Under the pieces are notes generated by a model, which saw only the letters and a list, made by a program, of their open reading frames with translations, made no database searches and was not told where the DNA came from. The position numbers were made by a program, and so were the translations under genes. Source: Acidimicrobiia bacterium (lineage in GTDB: Bacteria; Actinomycetota; Acidimicrobiia; Acidimicrobiales; Bin134). Taken from it: DNA of 64,000 nucleotides. Shown in pieces: positions 1-9,724 of this stretch. The stretch is from assembly GCA_009842675.1 (NCBI GenBank), contig VYEX01000065.1, forward strand, positions 65,127 through 129,126, in the 5' to 3' direction. Each line of letters starts with the position of its first letter. The stretch's first letter is position 1.

Positions 1-560
1 TCGTATTGCTCCTCGCTGAGCAGGGAGACGTAGCCCAGGATGTGGGCGGCCAGATCACCGTAGGGGTAGGTGCGCACGCTGCGGATGACAGTGCCCACGC
101 CGGGGAATTCGTCGGCCCGCTCGGCCAGGACGATCTCGAAGTTCTCGGTGACGTCGTCGGCAACGGGCACCGAATCGAGGGGCCCATAGCGGGGGTCTTC
201 GAGTGCGTCGTTGATCTCGAAGATCTTCGTGAGCCGACCGGCCCGGCTGATCTCGGTGGCCAAGCGGAGCACCAGGTCTTCCTGTTCGTCCTCGTCGAAC
301 TCGGTGTCGAAGGTGAACCGGTCCACGGTCACCACCAGGGACTCCCGATTGTCCACCAGCACGTTGCCGTTGGTGTCGAAGACGCGGCCCCGGGGGGCGG
401 GCTCATAGATCACTCGGATGGTGTTGGACACCGCGATGTTCTCGAACTCCTCGGAGCTCATCACTTGCAGGAACCAGAGGCGGGCCGCCAGAACCCCGAA
501 TGCGAGCAGGGCCAACAAAGCCAGGAAACTGAGACGCAGGCGAAGCGATTCCGGGGTCAA
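1..560 (-). CDS. mrdA: Penicillin-binding protein 2 (peptidoglycan D,D-transpeptidase), N-terminal part; 3' end runs off the window
   Basis: Open at the window edge, so absent from the ORF track. My minus-strand translation from TTG 560 (overlapping the mreD stop) reads MTPESLRLRLSFLALLALLAFGVLAARLWFLQVMSSEEFENIAVSNTIRVIYEPAPRGRVFDTNGNVLVDNRESL...TYPYGDLAAHILGYVSLLSEEQY. This gives a membrane anchor plus PBP2 N-terminal motifs (RG-x-x-D-x-NG, AH-x-LGY). Canonical position after mreBCD. The + strand ORF 6..635 is its antisense shadow. Confidence 0.75.
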   Translation of the reverse strand, partial: MTPESLRLRLSFLALLALLAFGVLAARLWFLQVMSSEEFENIAVSNTIRVIYEPAPRGRVFDTNGNVLVDNRESLVVTVDRFTFDTEFDEDEQEDLVLRLATEISRAGRLTKIFEINDALEDPRYGPLDSVPVADDVTENFEIVLAERADEFPGVGTVIRSVRTYPYGDLAAHILGYVSLLSEEQY

Positions 561-1063
561 CGTTCTTCACCGAGAAGCCTGGGCCACGACCAGCGCCACA
601 TTCCCAGCAAAGGCAGACTGAGCACCAGGTTGTAGGCCGCGGCAACGCCCATCACCACATAGAGGCGATCGGTATAGAGGTTGGCCTCGCCGAGCAGCTC
701 CCCGAGCACCGCGTACACCAGCAACCCGCCGGCGGTGGCCGCGGCAGTAACCAAGACGTTGATCCACCATGCGCTGCGGAAGATCCGCTCCTCGATCAGT
801 CCCACCGTGTAGCCCCAAACGGTGTAGATGAGGGCGGAGAGGCCGAACAGCGTGGGCAGATACAGGTCGATGCCCAATCCGATAAGGAATCCGGCCATCG
901 CGCCCCTCTCGGGTCCGCCCACCAGGCCGGCGGTAATCGCAATGGCCAAGGGCACTTCGGGAGCCACTCCCAGCACCCGCAGGTCAGAGAACAGGGCCAT
1001 GTGCAGCACCAGGGCAGTCAGCAAGAACAAGGCGCTGCGCACATAGGCATTTGCCGTGTTCAT
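557..1063 (-). CDS. mreD: Rod shape-determining protein MreD
   Basis: 168-aa polytopic membrane protein. 4-nt overlap with the mreC stop. Position mreB-mreC-mreD-PBP2. Confidence 0.8.
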   Translation of the reverse strand: MNTANAYVRSALFLLTALVLHMALFSDLRVLGVAPEVPLAIAITAGLVGGPERGAMAGFLIGLGIDLYLPTLFGLSALIYTVWGYTVGLIEERIFRSAWWINVLVTAAATAGGLLVYAVLGELLGEANLYTDRLYVVMGVAAAYNLVLSLPLLGMWRWSWPRLLGEER

Positions 1064-1908
1064 GATTCCTCAGCCAGGGGGTCGTAGAGCAGAACGGTCA
1101 CAAAGCTCAGATTGTCGGTGTTGGCTGAGGGCTCCACCGTGAGGAGCTGCAACAGGCGAGCTTCGTCGTAGTCGATTTCGGTGACAATTCCGATCGGAAT
1201 ACCGGGGGGATAGCGGCTCCGGTCCACTCCGCTGGTTACCACCTCATGGCCGACGGCGACCTCGGTGTCGATCTCCAGCCCCTTGGTAACCATGAGGGGC
1301 TCGCCATGCCCGCCGCCCGAGGCCAGGGCCACGTCGTCGGTGCCCACTACCAGCACCCCGACTTCAAAACCGGGATCGGTGAGCAGCGTCACTCTGGAAT
1401 GTCCTCGGCCCGGGTCGCCGTCTATCCGTCCGATGAGACCGCCCCTGGTCACCACCGGCATCCCGTTGCGGATTCCGTCGTCAGACCCGCGGTTAATCTG
1501 CACCGAGTACCGGTCGAAGTTACCCACATTGGCGGTCACTACCTCGCCCACGACATTGGGAATGTCCTGCACATAGGGCAATCCCAACTCGTCGAGCAGC
1601 AATTCGAGGCGGATGGCCGCATCGGTGTCCAGAATCCTCTGGCCCTCGAGCATTTGCAGCTCTTGTCTCAGCGCCTCGTTTTCAGCCTCCAGCTCGTCGT
1701 AGCCGGTGACGCCGGCCCAGGCGTCGCCGACGGGCTCAAATACTCGATCCGCCCCCGTCCGCAACGGCGAGATCAGATCGGAAAGGGTTTCCTCGGTCCG
1801 CTGAAGGGGCTCGAATTCCCGGGCGTCCAGGGTCAGCAGGGTCGCGGAGCTGAGCAGAAGGAAGATCAGCGTGAACCGCGACCGCCCTGTGCGGGTGCCC
1901 GTTGCCAC
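1060..1908 (-). CDS. mreC: Rod shape-determining protein MreC
   Basis: 282 aa. N-terminal TM segment, coiled-coil stretch (ELEAENEALRQELQMLEGQ), then a beta-rich C-terminal part. Sits directly downstream of mreB. Confidence 0.85.
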   Translation of the reverse strand: MATGTRTGRSRFTLIFLLLSSATLLTLDAREFEPLQRTEETLSDLISPLRTGADRVFEPVGDAWAGVTGYDELEAENEALRQELQMLEGQRILDTDAAIRLELLLDELGLPYVQDIPNVVGEVVTANVGNFDRYSVQINRGSDDGIRNGMPVVTRGGLIGRIDGDPGRGHSRVTLLTDPGFEVGVLVVGTDDVALASGGGHGEPLMVTKGLEIDTEVAVGHEVVTSGVDRSRYPPGIPIGIVTEIDYDEARLLQLLTVEPSANTDNLSFVTVLLYDPLAEES

Positions 1909-1925
1909 GGGGCCGAACCGAGAGA

Positions 1926-2969
1926 TCAGTCGTACGACGACGAGAAGAGGAGACCCTCTAGCGCGTCGAACTCCTCCAGCGACTGGCCCGAGCCAATGGC
2001 CACCGCATGGAGTGGATTGGGCGCCAACCGGACCGGCATCCCCGTCTCTTCCTCGATCCGAGGGGGCATGCCGTTCAGCAGGGCCCCGCCACCGGCCAGA
2101 ACGATCCCCGCCTCCATGATGTCGGCGGCCAGTTCGGGGGGAGTTTCATCCAGCGTCACTTTGACCGCGTCGACGATGGAGCGCACCACCTCAGAGATGG
2201 CCTCGCGGATCTCGTTGGTAGAGGTAACCACGGTCTTGGGGAGACCGGACACCATGTCCTGGCCCCGGACCTCCGCATAGCGGTTCTCGCTGCCCGACCA
2301 AGCGGTGCCCAGCACGATCTTGACCTCTTCAGCGGTGCGGCTGCCGATGGTAAGGCTGTGCTCTTTCTTCAGGTAGGCGATGATGTCCTCGTCCATCCGG
2401 TCGCCGCCCATCCGAATCGACTGGCCGGTCACCACGCCGCCCAGTGAGATCATGGCCACCTCGGTGGTACCACCGCCGATGTCCACGATCATGCTTCCCG
2501 ATGCCTCCTGCACCGGCAGCCCAGCGCCGATAGCTGCGGCCATGGGCTCTTCGATGATGTAGACCGGCTTCTTGGCCCCCGCGGAGACCGCCGCCTCCTG
2601 CACGGCCCGCTGCTCAACCGGGGTGATACCAGAGGGTACGCAGATCACCATTCGGGGCCTGATGAACCTACCGGGAGACACCCTTTGGATGAAGTAACGC
2701 AGCATCTTCTCGCAGATGTCGAAGTTGGCGATCACCCCGTCTTTGAGCGGTCGGATGGCCTGGATGTGGGCCGGCGTGCGCCCCAGCATCCGCTTGGCCT
2801 CCGAACCCACCGCCATGGGCACACCCTCGTTGGTGACGGCCACCACCGAAGGCTCGTTGATGAGGATCCCTTCCCCTCGGACATACACCAGCGTGTTGGC
2901 GGTGCCGAGGTCGATTGCGACATCGCGGCCGACAATGCCGCTACTGGAAGAGAACCGCCGCTTCACCAT
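1926..2969 (-). CDS. mreB: Rod shape-determining actin homolog MreB
   Basis: 347 aa. Actin/Hsp70-fold motifs DLGTANTLVY, DIGGGTTEVA, VLAGGGALL. Confidence 0.95.
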   Translation of the reverse strand: MVKRRFSSSSGIVGRDVAIDLGTANTLVYVRGEGILINEPSVVAVTNEGVPMAVGSEAKRMLGRTPAHIQAIRPLKDGVIANFDICEKMLRYFIQRVSPGRFIRPRMVICVPSGITPVEQRAVQEAAVSAGAKKPVYIIEEPMAAAIGAGLPVQEASGSMIVDIGGGTTEVAMISLGGVVTGQSIRMGGDRMDEDIIAYLKKEHSLTIGSRTAEEVKIVLGTAWSGSENRYAEVRGQDMVSGLPKTVVTSTNEIREAISEVVRSIVDAVKVTLDETPPELAADIMEAGIVLAGGGALLNGMPPRIEEETGMPVRLAPNPLHAVAIGSGQSLEEFDALEGLLFSSSYD

Positions 2970-2996
2970 GGCGCAAGACTAGAACAGCCGATTCCA

Positions 2997-3046
2997 AATC
3001 GCACACCGGCATTGGCCACAACTCGGCACGGGAATCGCACACCGGC
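2997..3046. repeat. Two perfect copies of the 14-bp direct repeat AATCGCACACCGGC (2997-3010 and 3033-3046) in the ndk-mreB intergenic region
   Basis: Read directly from the sequence. Copies are 36 bp apart start to start, 28-77 nt upstream of the mreB start codon (minus strand). Confidence 0.6.
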
Positions 3047-3063
3047 TACAGCCGGTCCCGATA

Positions 3064-3480
3064 TCACAGCTCGGGGAAGAAGATTGCAATCTCCCGCTCA
3101 GCGGAGGCATTGCTGTCAGAACCATGAACGAGGTTCTCGGTGACCTCCAGCCCGTAGTCGCCCCGGATGGTGCCCGGGGGAGATTCCAGGGGGTTGGTGG
3201 CGCCCATCATGGAGCGGACAACGGCGTAGACATCATCGGGCCCCTCCACCACCACAGCCACCGACGGCGAGCGGCCGATGAACGCCACCAAGTCGGGATA
3301 GAACGGGCGCTCCACGTGCTCGGCGTAGTGCCGGGCGGCCAGTTCGGCGTCGATGGTGAGCATGCGCATGGCCGCGATCCGCAGGCCCCGGGCCTCGAAA
3401 CGGGACAAGATGGCCCCCACCAGGCCTCGCTCCACCGCGTCGGGCTTGCAAAACACAAGAGTCCGATTCACAGATTGCAC
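3064..3480 (-). CDS. ndk: Nucleoside diphosphate kinase
   Basis: 138 aa. TLVFCKPDAVERGLVG and NLVHGSDS (active-site His) signatures. Confidence 0.95.
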   Translation of the reverse strand: MQSVNRTLVFCKPDAVERGLVGAILSRFEARGLRIAAMRMLTIDAELAARHYAEHVERPFYPDLVAFIGRSPSVAVVVEGPDDVYAVVRSMMGATNPLESPPGTIRGDYGLEVTENLVHGSDSNASAEREIAIFFPEL

Positions 3481-3519
3481 CTCACTGTTCGAGTGCCGCC
3501 GGCCGTCACCGGGGGAACC

Positions 3520-4926
3520 CTACTTATTGGCTGCGGCCATGTGAAGGCGGGCCGCACCGGCGGTGTACAGAGAGCCGGTGACCACCACGGCGTCCTCCTC
3601 GGTGGACAGCGCCAGGGCCCGGTCCACCGCCTCAGCGACATCGCCGGCGGTCTCAGCGTCGATCCCCCGGTTGCGGACCGCGGCGGCCAATTCGGCGGCT
3701 GGCAGGGCCCGCGGCCAGTCGGGAGCGCAGCACACCACCAGGTCGCAGCGGGCACCGGAGGCCTCGATGGCGTCCAGCATGGCGTCGGGATCCTTGTCGC
3801 GCATCATCCCGACCACCCAAATCACCTGGCCCAACACGGTGAACTGGTCGGCCAGGGTCTCCGCCGACGCGGCCAGGCCGTCGGGATTGTGGGCCCCGTC
3901 GATCACCACTAAGGGCTGGCGGGCTACCACTTCGAATCGGGCTGGGAAACTCACATTGCCCAATGCGGCCAGGAGGTCGTCATCCAGCGCTTGGTCGACA
4001 AGGGCCTCAAAGGCGGCGATGGCCAGTGCGGCGTTCTCCCCCTGATGGGCGCCGAACAAGCTTACGTAGACGTCCTCGTAGCGGGCTCTTGGGGTGCGCA
4101 CCGTGACCAACCGTCCTCCCATCGCCGGGCGGTTCTCCTCGAGTTCAAAGTGCTGGCCATCCACCAGCATCTCCCCGGGCGACTCCCTGGCGGCAATGGC
4201 CACCAAGTCGGGGTCTATCGGGCCCAGAACGGCGACGGCGCCAGGATGGAGGATGCCGGCCTTCTCCCCCATCACCTCCTGTTCCCAACCGGGCCTGCCA
4301 TCGGTGTGGTCGCGGCCGATATTGGTGATCACCGCCACCTCGCTGTTCACCACGTTGGTGGCGTCAAAGCGGCCCAGCTTGCCCACCTCCACCACGGCCA
4401 GGTCGACCGCCGAATCTGCGAACCAGCGCAGTGCGGCCGCGGTGACCAACTCGAACCACGAGGGCGGGGCGCCGACGTGGTCGGCAGCCAGATGGTCTGC
4501 CACTAGCCGCAGGTGGCTCAGAATCTCGGCCAGATCGGCGTCGTCGATGGGGTCGCCGCCCACTGTCATTCGCTCGTTGATGCGCTCGACGTGGGGGCTG
4601 GCGTACACCCCTACGGTCATGCCCCACGCCCCGGCCAGCGCGGCGATCAGCGCGGCTACCGAGCCCTTGCCGTTGGTGCCGGTGATGTGGACTGCCGGGT
4701 AGTCGGCCTGGGGGTCGCCCAAAGAGGCCAGAAGCTCGCGCATGGGCGCCAACGACAGGCCGTCGGTATCGCCGGCTGTGGCCTCCAGGTTGACGTGGCC
4801 GTCCAACCACGCCCGGACCTCGGCCAGGAGAGCGGAGTCCGCGACCTCGCTCAAATCGTCGGCGACCGCAGGGAAGTCAGCTGGCCTGGCGGCGGGACCG
4901 GTCGGTTGAACGGGCTTTGGCCGCAT
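3520..4926 (-). CDS. folC: Bifunctional folylpolyglutamate synthase / dihydrofolate synthase
   Basis: 468 aa. Mur-ligase P-loop [10 protein letters not shown]. Start uncertain: ATG 4926 overlaps clpX by 50 nt, while the in-frame TTG at 4854 avoids the overlap. Confidence 0.85.
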   Translation of the reverse strand: MRPKPVQPTGPAARPADFPAVADDLSEVADSALLAEVRAWLDGHVNLEATAGDTDGLSLAPMRELLASLGDPQADYPAVHITGTNGKGSVAALIAALAGAWGMTVGVYASPHVERINERMTVGGDPIDDADLAEILSHLRLVADHLAADHVGAPPSWFELVTAAALRWFADSAVDLAVVEVGKLGRFDATNVVNSEVAVITNIGRDHTDGRPGWEQEVMGEKAGILHPGAVAVLGPIDPDLVAIAARESPGEMLVDGQHFELEENRPAMGGRLVTVRTPRARYEDVYVSLFGAHQGENAALAIAAFEALVDQALDDDLLAALGNVSFPARFEVVARQPLVVIDGAHNPDGLAASAETLADQFTVLGQVIWVVGMMRDKDPDAMLDAIEASGARCDLVVCCAPDWPRALPAAELAAAVRNRGIDAETAGDVAEAVDRALALSTEEDAVVVTGSLYTAGAARLHMAAANK

Positions 4927-6148
4927 TGAGCAGCTGAGGGGCTTCCTCGCCGCGGACGGTATCGGCGCCGACCACGCATTGCACCACGTCGTCTCGGCTG
5001 GGCAGCTCGTACATCACGTCGAGCAGCACTTCCTCGAGGATTGCTCGCAGCCCTCGGGCCCCCGTGTTGCGGGTGAGAGCCAGTTCGGCCACCTCCGACA
5101 GCGCGTCGTCGTCGATCATCAGCTCCACGTTCTCGAACTCGAAGAACTTGCAGTACTGCTTGACCAGGGCGTTCTTTGGCTCCACCAGGATCCGGACCAG
5201 CATGTCGCGCTCCAGGTGGGAGACGACCCCCACCACCGGCAGGCGCCCGATGAATTCGGGGATGAGGCCGAATTTGATCAGGTCCTCGGGCTGAACCTGG
5301 TTGAACAGCTCGCCGTGGTCCCGCTCGGTCTCGGTGCGGATGTCGGCACCGAAGCCCACCCCCACATTGCCCACCCGATTCTCGATGATCTGCTCCAAGC
5401 CGGCGAAGGCCCCGCCCACAATGAACAGCACGTTGGTGGTGTCGATCTGGATGAACTCCTGGTGGGGGTGCTTGCGGCCTCCCTGGGGCGGCACCGAGGC
5501 GGTGGTGCCTTCCAGGATCTTCAGCAGAGCCTGCTGAACACCCTCGCCGGACACGTCCCGGGTGATCGACGGGTTCTCGCTCTTGCGGGAGATCTTGTCG
5601 ATCTCGTCTATGTAGATGATGCCGGTCTCCGCCTTCTTGACGTCGTAGTCGGCGGCCTGGATGAGCTTGAGGAGGATGTTCTCCACGTCCTCGCCCACGT
5701 ACCCGGCCTCGGTCAGCGCGGTGGCATCGGCGATGGCGAAGGGCACGTTGAGCATCCGGGCCAGGGTCTGGGCCATCAGCGTCTTGCCGCACCCGGTGGG
5801 GCCGAGTAGCAGGATGTTCGACTTGGACAGCTCCACCTCGGGGTCAGACGAGCCCATCTGCACCCGTTTGTAGTGGTTGTACACCGCCACCGACAGGATC
5901 CGCTTGGCGTGCTCCTGGCCGATGATGTAGTCGTTCAAAAAGGAGTAGATCTCCTGGGGCTTGGGTAGCTCCTTGAAGCCGACGTCGGTGCCCTCAGCCA
6001 GCTCTTCCTCGATGATCTCGTTGCAGAGGTCGATGCACTCATCGCAGATGTAGACACCGGGCCCGGCGATCATCTTCTTGACCTGCTTCTGGGTTTTACC
6101 GCAGAAGCTGCACTTGAGAAGTTCCCCCCCTTCTCCGAACTTCGCCAC
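4877..6148 (-). CDS. clpX: ATP-dependent Clp protease ATP-binding subunit ClpX
   Basis: 423 aa. N-terminal zinc finger CSFCGK...CDECI, Walker [18 protein letters not shown]. Confidence 0.97.
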   Translation of the reverse strand: MAKFGEGGELLKCSFCGKTQKQVKKMIAGPGVYICDECIDLCNEIIEEELAEGTDVGFKELPKPQEIYSFLNDYIIGQEHAKRILSVAVYNHYKRVQMGSSDPEVELSKSNILLLGPTGCGKTLMAQTLARMLNVPFAIADATALTEAGYVGEDVENILLKLIQAADYDVKKAETGIIYIDEIDKISRKSENPSITRDVSGEGVQQALLKILEGTTASVPPQGGRKHPHQEFIQIDTTNVLFIVGGAFAGLEQIIENRVGNVGVGFGADIRTETERDHGELFNQVQPEDLIKFGLIPEFIGRLPVVGVVSHLERDMLVRILVEPKNALVKQYCKFFEFENVELMIDDDALSEVAELALTRNTGARGLRAILEEVLLDVMYELPSRDDVVQCVVGADTVRGEEAPQLLNAAKARSTDRSRRQAS

Positions 6149-6163
6149 GGTCTTTGCTCCCCC

Positions 6164-6796
6164 CTATCGGATGGCCGTGATCGGGCCGGCGGATTCCACG
6201 GCGTCACGCGACGAGATGACGTCGTCAATGAGCCCGTATTCCTTGGCGTCCTCGGCGGTCATCACATAGTCGCGATCGGTGTCCTGCTTGACCTTCTCCA
6301 GATCTTGGCCGGTATGGCGGGCCAGAAGCAGTTCCAGCTGGTCTTTGAGCCGCTGGATCTCTCGGGAGGCGATCTCAATGTCGGAAACCTGCCCCGACGC
6401 CCCCGCATAGGGCTGGTGGATCAGCATCCGGGAGTGGGGCAGCGCCAGGCGCTTTCCGGGCGCCCCCGCCGCCAGCAGCACCGCAGCAGCCGAGGCGGCT
6501 TGGCCGAAGCAGATGGTGGTGATGTCGGGCTTCAAGTACTGCATGGTGTCGTAGATGGCGAACATGGCGTTGATGTCGCCGCCCGGGCTGTTGATGTAGA
6601 GGTTGATGTCCTTGTCGGGGTTCTCCGACTCCAAGTGCAGTAGCTGCGCACAGATCAGGTTGGCCACCGTGTCGTCGATGGGAGTGCCCAAGAAGATGAT
6701 GTTCTCCTTGAGCAGCCGGGAATAGAGGTCGAACGAGCGCTCACCCCGGTTGGTCTGCTCGACCACAACGGGCACCATGTAGTTCTGAGGGTTCAT
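6164..6796 (-). CDS. clpP: ATP-dependent Clp protease proteolytic subunit ClpP
   Basis: 210 aa. ClpP motifs [11 protein letters not shown] (Ser nucleophile) and MIHQP. Lies between tig and clpX. Confidence 0.95.
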   Translation of the reverse strand: MNPQNYMVPVVVEQTNRGERSFDLYSRLLKENIIFLGTPIDDTVANLICAQLLHLESENPDKDINLYINSPGGDINAMFAIYDTMQYLKPDITTICFGQAASAAAVLLAAGAPGKRLALPHSRMLIHQPYAGASGQVSDIEIASREIQRLKDQLELLLARHTGQDLEKVKQDTDRDYVMTAEDAKEYGLIDDVISSRDAVESAGPITAIR

Positions 6797-8160
6797 GTGG
6801 TTTGGCTCTCGATGGTGTTGGGGGGAAGGTCAGACTCGTCGTCCGGGTTCAGGCTAGAGCGTTCGACGGTGTTTCCGTCGAGATCGGTTATCTCGACCTG
6901 CTCCAACACCCATTCCCGGGTTTTGCGCATCTGCGCGTCTAATCGTACCCCCTTGAGACGGCTTTCATCGTCAGCGAATAACGAAGACTTGAGCTCGTCG
7001 ACCGTCTGGCCCACCTGAGCGGCGAGGGCGGCCAGCTCGAAATCCACGTCCTCATCAGCGGCTTCAATGGACTCCGCCGCCGCTACCGCCCTTAGGGCCA
7101 GATCGGTTTTAGCCTCTTGCAGGGCCGGTTCCCGCAGGCCCTCGGCCAGCTCCTCGGCGGTCTGGCCTATAGCCTCCAGATAACCCTCTATCTCGATTCC
7201 CTGGCTGCCCAGGCGCATTTCGAGGGTGCGGATGCGGTGTGCCACCTCGGCGTCCACCAGGGCCACGGGAATGTCGTCGGTCACCAATTCGGCGAGCTGT
7301 TCTCCCACCTGGCGGCCCAGCGAGTTCAAGGCGTTGACCCGCTTGTGGTAGGCGATGTTCTCAGTGACGTCGGCCCGCAGCTCTTCGGCGGTGTCGAACT
7401 CGGAGGCCTCTTGGGCGAACTCGTCGTCGAAGTCGGGCAGGATCGTCTCCTGCACTTCTTTGACCAGGATGCGGAACCGCAAAAGCCCGTCCTCGTCGGG
7501 GTCGGGGTGCTTGGCGTTGAACTCCAAGATGTCGCCGGCCTTGGCGCCCCGTAGCTCCTCGTCGATCTCGGGCACCACTGCTCCCTGGCCCACCTCGTAG
7601 GCGTAATCGTCCACGGTGAGGCCCTCAACCTCCTCGCCGTTGTACGAGCCGTAGATGTCCATGGTCACGTTGTCGCCGTCGATCGCGGGCCGCGCCGCGG
7701 GAGCCAGGTCGCCGAATTGCTTGCGGAGCTGGTCGATCTGCTCGCTGATCTCCTCATCGGTGGGATCGGGGCTGGGCACCTCGGCTTTGAGCTGGTCGTA
7801 GCCGGTGATGGTGATGAGAGGGCGCACTTCCACCACGGCGTCGAAGCTGACCGGACCGTCCTCGGCCCCGCTGGTGATGTCTATCTCTGGGGGGGCGATG
7901 ACGTCTACGTCGTGGTCGACCACGGCCTGGGCGTAATACTCGGGCACCGCATCGCTGAGGGCCTCCCCCCGAGCGGCCTGAGGACCCAGCCGGGCCTCCA
8001 GCACCCGCCGGGGTGCTTTGCCGGGACGGAATCCGGGAAGGCGCACCTGGCGGGCGAGCTTGCGGAAGGCCTCGTCGAGCTTCTCCTCGAATTCGTCGGC
8101 CTCGATGTCCACCGACACCTTGACCCGGTTGCCCTCCAGCGCCTCGACTGTGCTCCTCAC
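6793..8160 (-). CDS. tig: Trigger factor
   Basis: 455 aa. N-terminal ribosome-binding motif GFRPGKAP, acidic C-terminal arm. tig-clpP-clpX synteny. Confidence 0.93.
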   Translation of the reverse strand: MRSTVEALEGNRVKVSVDIEADEFEEKLDEAFRKLARQVRLPGFRPGKAPRRVLEARLGPQAARGEALSDAVPEYYAQAVVDHDVDVIAPPEIDITSGAEDGPVSFDAVVEVRPLITITGYDQLKAEVPSPDPTDEEISEQIDQLRKQFGDLAPAARPAIDGDNVTMDIYGSYNGEEVEGLTVDDYAYEVGQGAVVPEIDEELRGAKAGDILEFNAKHPDPDEDGLLRFRILVKEVQETILPDFDDEFAQEASEFDTAEELRADVTENIAYHKRVNALNSLGRQVGEQLAELVTDDIPVALVDAEVAHRIRTLEMRLGSQGIEIEGYLEAIGQTAEELAEGLREPALQEAKTDLALRAVAAAESIEAADEDVDFELAALAAQVGQTVDELKSSLFADDESRLKGVRLDAQMRKTREWVLEQVEITDLDGNTVERSSLNPDDESDLPPNTIESQTT

Positions 8161-8246
8161 AGGGTCCGCATTTTACCGACGACCCCCTGAATCCTCGTGT
8201 CGTAGCCGGTGGCCGCGACCACTGGATATCATGAACGCCCAGCCCC

Positions 8247-8317
8247 GCGGGTGTAGTTCAGTGGTAGAACCCCAGCCTTCCAAGCTGATGACGCGAGTTC
8301 GATTCTCGTCACCCGCT
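8247..8317 (+). tRNA. tRNA-Gly (anticodon UCC)
   Basis: Cloverleaf folded by hand: acceptor GCGGGTG/CACCCGC, D arm GTTC..GAAC, anticodon loop CTTCCAA, T arm GCGAG-TTCGATT-CTCGT. CCA not encoded. Confidence 0.9.
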
Positions 8318-8368
8318 CTCTTCGCAAAGCGCCCCCTGCCGTCAACGGCCTCTGCCAGATTCAGGAAG

Positions 8369-8443
8369 CGCCCCCGGCAGGATTCGAACCTGCGGCCTGA
8401 TGATTAGAAGTCACCTGCTCTGTCCGGACTGAGCTACAGGGGC
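8369..8443 (-). tRNA. tRNA-Arg (anticodon UCU)
   Basis: Reverse complement folds as acceptor GCCCCTG/CGGGGGC, GTAGCTCAG D arm, anticodon loop CTTCTAA, T arm GCAGG-TTCGAAT-CCTGC. Confidence 0.88.
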
Positions 8444-8565
8444 GGGTCGGCGCAATTGCCAATCGTTTCGAGTGTATTGCCCACCCAAGCCTGGCCAGTG
8501 CCAGGTTTGCGGTGACCAGCAGTGACGACAACAGGCGAATGCGTCTGCGGCAGTAGCGTCGGGGG

Positions 8566-9498
8566 ATGGCTGATATGACCACTGCTGGCGGGGTGGCGTT
8601 TGTGCGCACTCCGGAAGAGCGGTTTGGCGGGATCGACGACTATCCGTACGAGCCGCGCTATGTCGACATTGACGGGTTGCGGATGGCCTACGTGATGGCG
8701 GAGCCGGAGGGGGCAGGCGATGACGCGGCCACGATCCTGCTGTTGCACGGCGAGCCTACGTGGGGATACCTGTACCGCAAGATGATCCCGCCGCTGGTGG
8801 CGGGTGGTTGTCGCGTGCTGGTTCCCGACCTGATCGGGTTCGGGCGCTCCGACAAGCCGGTGGAGCGTTCGGCCTACACCTATGAGGGCCACGTTTCGTG
8901 GATGACGCAGTTCTTGGCCGCCACCGCCGCCGAGCGGAGCGCCGGACCGCTGCATCTGTTCGGCCAAGACTGGGGCGGGCTCATCGGGCTGCGGGTGGCC
9001 GCTGAGAATCCCGATCTGATCGACCGGCTGATCCTGGCCAACACCGGGCTGCCCGAAGGCCAGTCGCCGGGAGCGGGCTTCGAGTTCTGGCTCCAGTTCA
9101 GCCAAGAAGTGGAGTACCTCGACTGCGGCCGGCTGGTGGACAACGCCACCGCCAACGAACTCAGCGAAGCGGCCCAAGAGGCCTACCGAGCGCCGTTCCC
9201 CGATGAGGCCTACATGGCCGGGGCCCGCCACTTCCCCATGCTGGTGCCGATCTCGCCTGAGGATCCCGCCGTTCCCGCCAACCGGGCGGCCTGGCAGGTG
9301 CTGGAACAGTGGACCAAACCGGTGCTCACCCTGTGGGCCCCTGACGACCCCGTGCTGGGCAGCGGGCAGGCGGCTATCAGCGAGCGGATCCCCGGTGCCG
9401 CTGGCCAGCCCCATGACCAGTTCCGACCAGCCAGCCACTTCATCCAAGAAGACCAGGGACCCGCGCTGGCCGAGGCCATTGTCACCTGGCTCAGCTGA
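8566..9498 (+). CDS. Haloalkane dehalogenase-type alpha/beta hydrolase
   Basis: 310 aa. HGEPTW oxyanion motif and nucleophile elbow GQDWGG (Asp nucleophile), as in HLD-I enzymes (DhlA/DhmA type). Confidence 0.78.
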   Translation: MADMTTAGGVAFVRTPEERFGGIDDYPYEPRYVDIDGLRMAYVMAEPEGAGDDAATILLLHGEPTWGYLYRKMIPPLVAGGCRVLVPDLIGFGRSDKPVERSAYTYEGHVSWMTQFLAATAAERSAGPLHLFGQDWGGLIGLRVAAENPDLIDRLILANTGLPEGQSPGAGFEFWLQFSQEVEYLDCGRLVDNATANELSEAAQEAYRAPFPDEAYMAGARHFPMLVPISPEDPAVPANRAAWQVLEQWTKPVLTLWAPDDPVLGSGQAAISERIPGAAGQPHDQFRPASHFIQEDQGPALAEAIVTWLS

Positions 9499-9567
9499 GC
9501 GGGCGCCAGCCCCGGTGCCAAACGGTTTCCCCGTATCCCGAAACTCCCCGTAGACTGATCGGGCCGT

Positions 9568-9646
9568 GCGGGCCGTAGCTCAGTCAGGTTAGAGCGCCGG
9601 GTTGTGGTCCCGGAGGTCGGGGGTTCAAATCCCCTCGGTCCGCCCA
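9568..9646 (+). tRNA. tRNA-His (anticodon GUG), with encoded G-1 and 3' CCA
   Basis: G-1 at 9568. Acceptor CGGGCCG/CGGTCCG, anticodon loop TTGTGGT, T arm GGGGG-TTCAAAT-CCCCT, discriminator C, then CCA (9644-9646). Confidence 0.88.
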
Positions 9647-9650
9647 ACAA

Positions 9651-9724
9651 GCCCCTCTAGCTCAATTTGGCAGAGCAACGGACTCTTAATCCGCAGGTTC
9701 TGGGTTCAAGTCCCAGGGGGGGTA
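9651..9724 (+). tRNA. tRNA-Lys (anticodon CUU)
   Basis: Acceptor GCCCCTC/GGGGGGT (G-U pairs), D arm GCTC..GAGC, anticodon loop CTCTTAA, T arm CTGGG-TTCAAGT-CCCAG. Lies 4 nt after tRNA-His. Confidence 0.88.

Noticed and set aside
4877-4926. The 50-nt clpX/folC overlap as a possible programmed or regulatory overlap.
   Set aside because: It is more simply a start-codon ambiguity. An in-frame TTG at 4854 gives a FolC of normal length with no overlap.
8490-8508. Hairpin CCTGGC-cagt-GCCAGG followed by TTT, between tRNA-Arg and the dehalogenase gene, as an intrinsic terminator.
   Set aside because: The stem is only 6 bp. There is no upstream co-directional protein gene to terminate, and the only + strand transcript upstream is tRNA-Gly across an antisense tRNA. 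This is too weak to call.
9706-9724. A classical integrase-mediated tRNA-Lys island with att direct repeats.
   Set aside because: I found no integrase, excisionase or transposase anywhere in the window. By eye I found no second copy of the tRNA-Lys 3' segment near 15.3 kb. It is retained only as a weaker insertion hypothesis in the findings.
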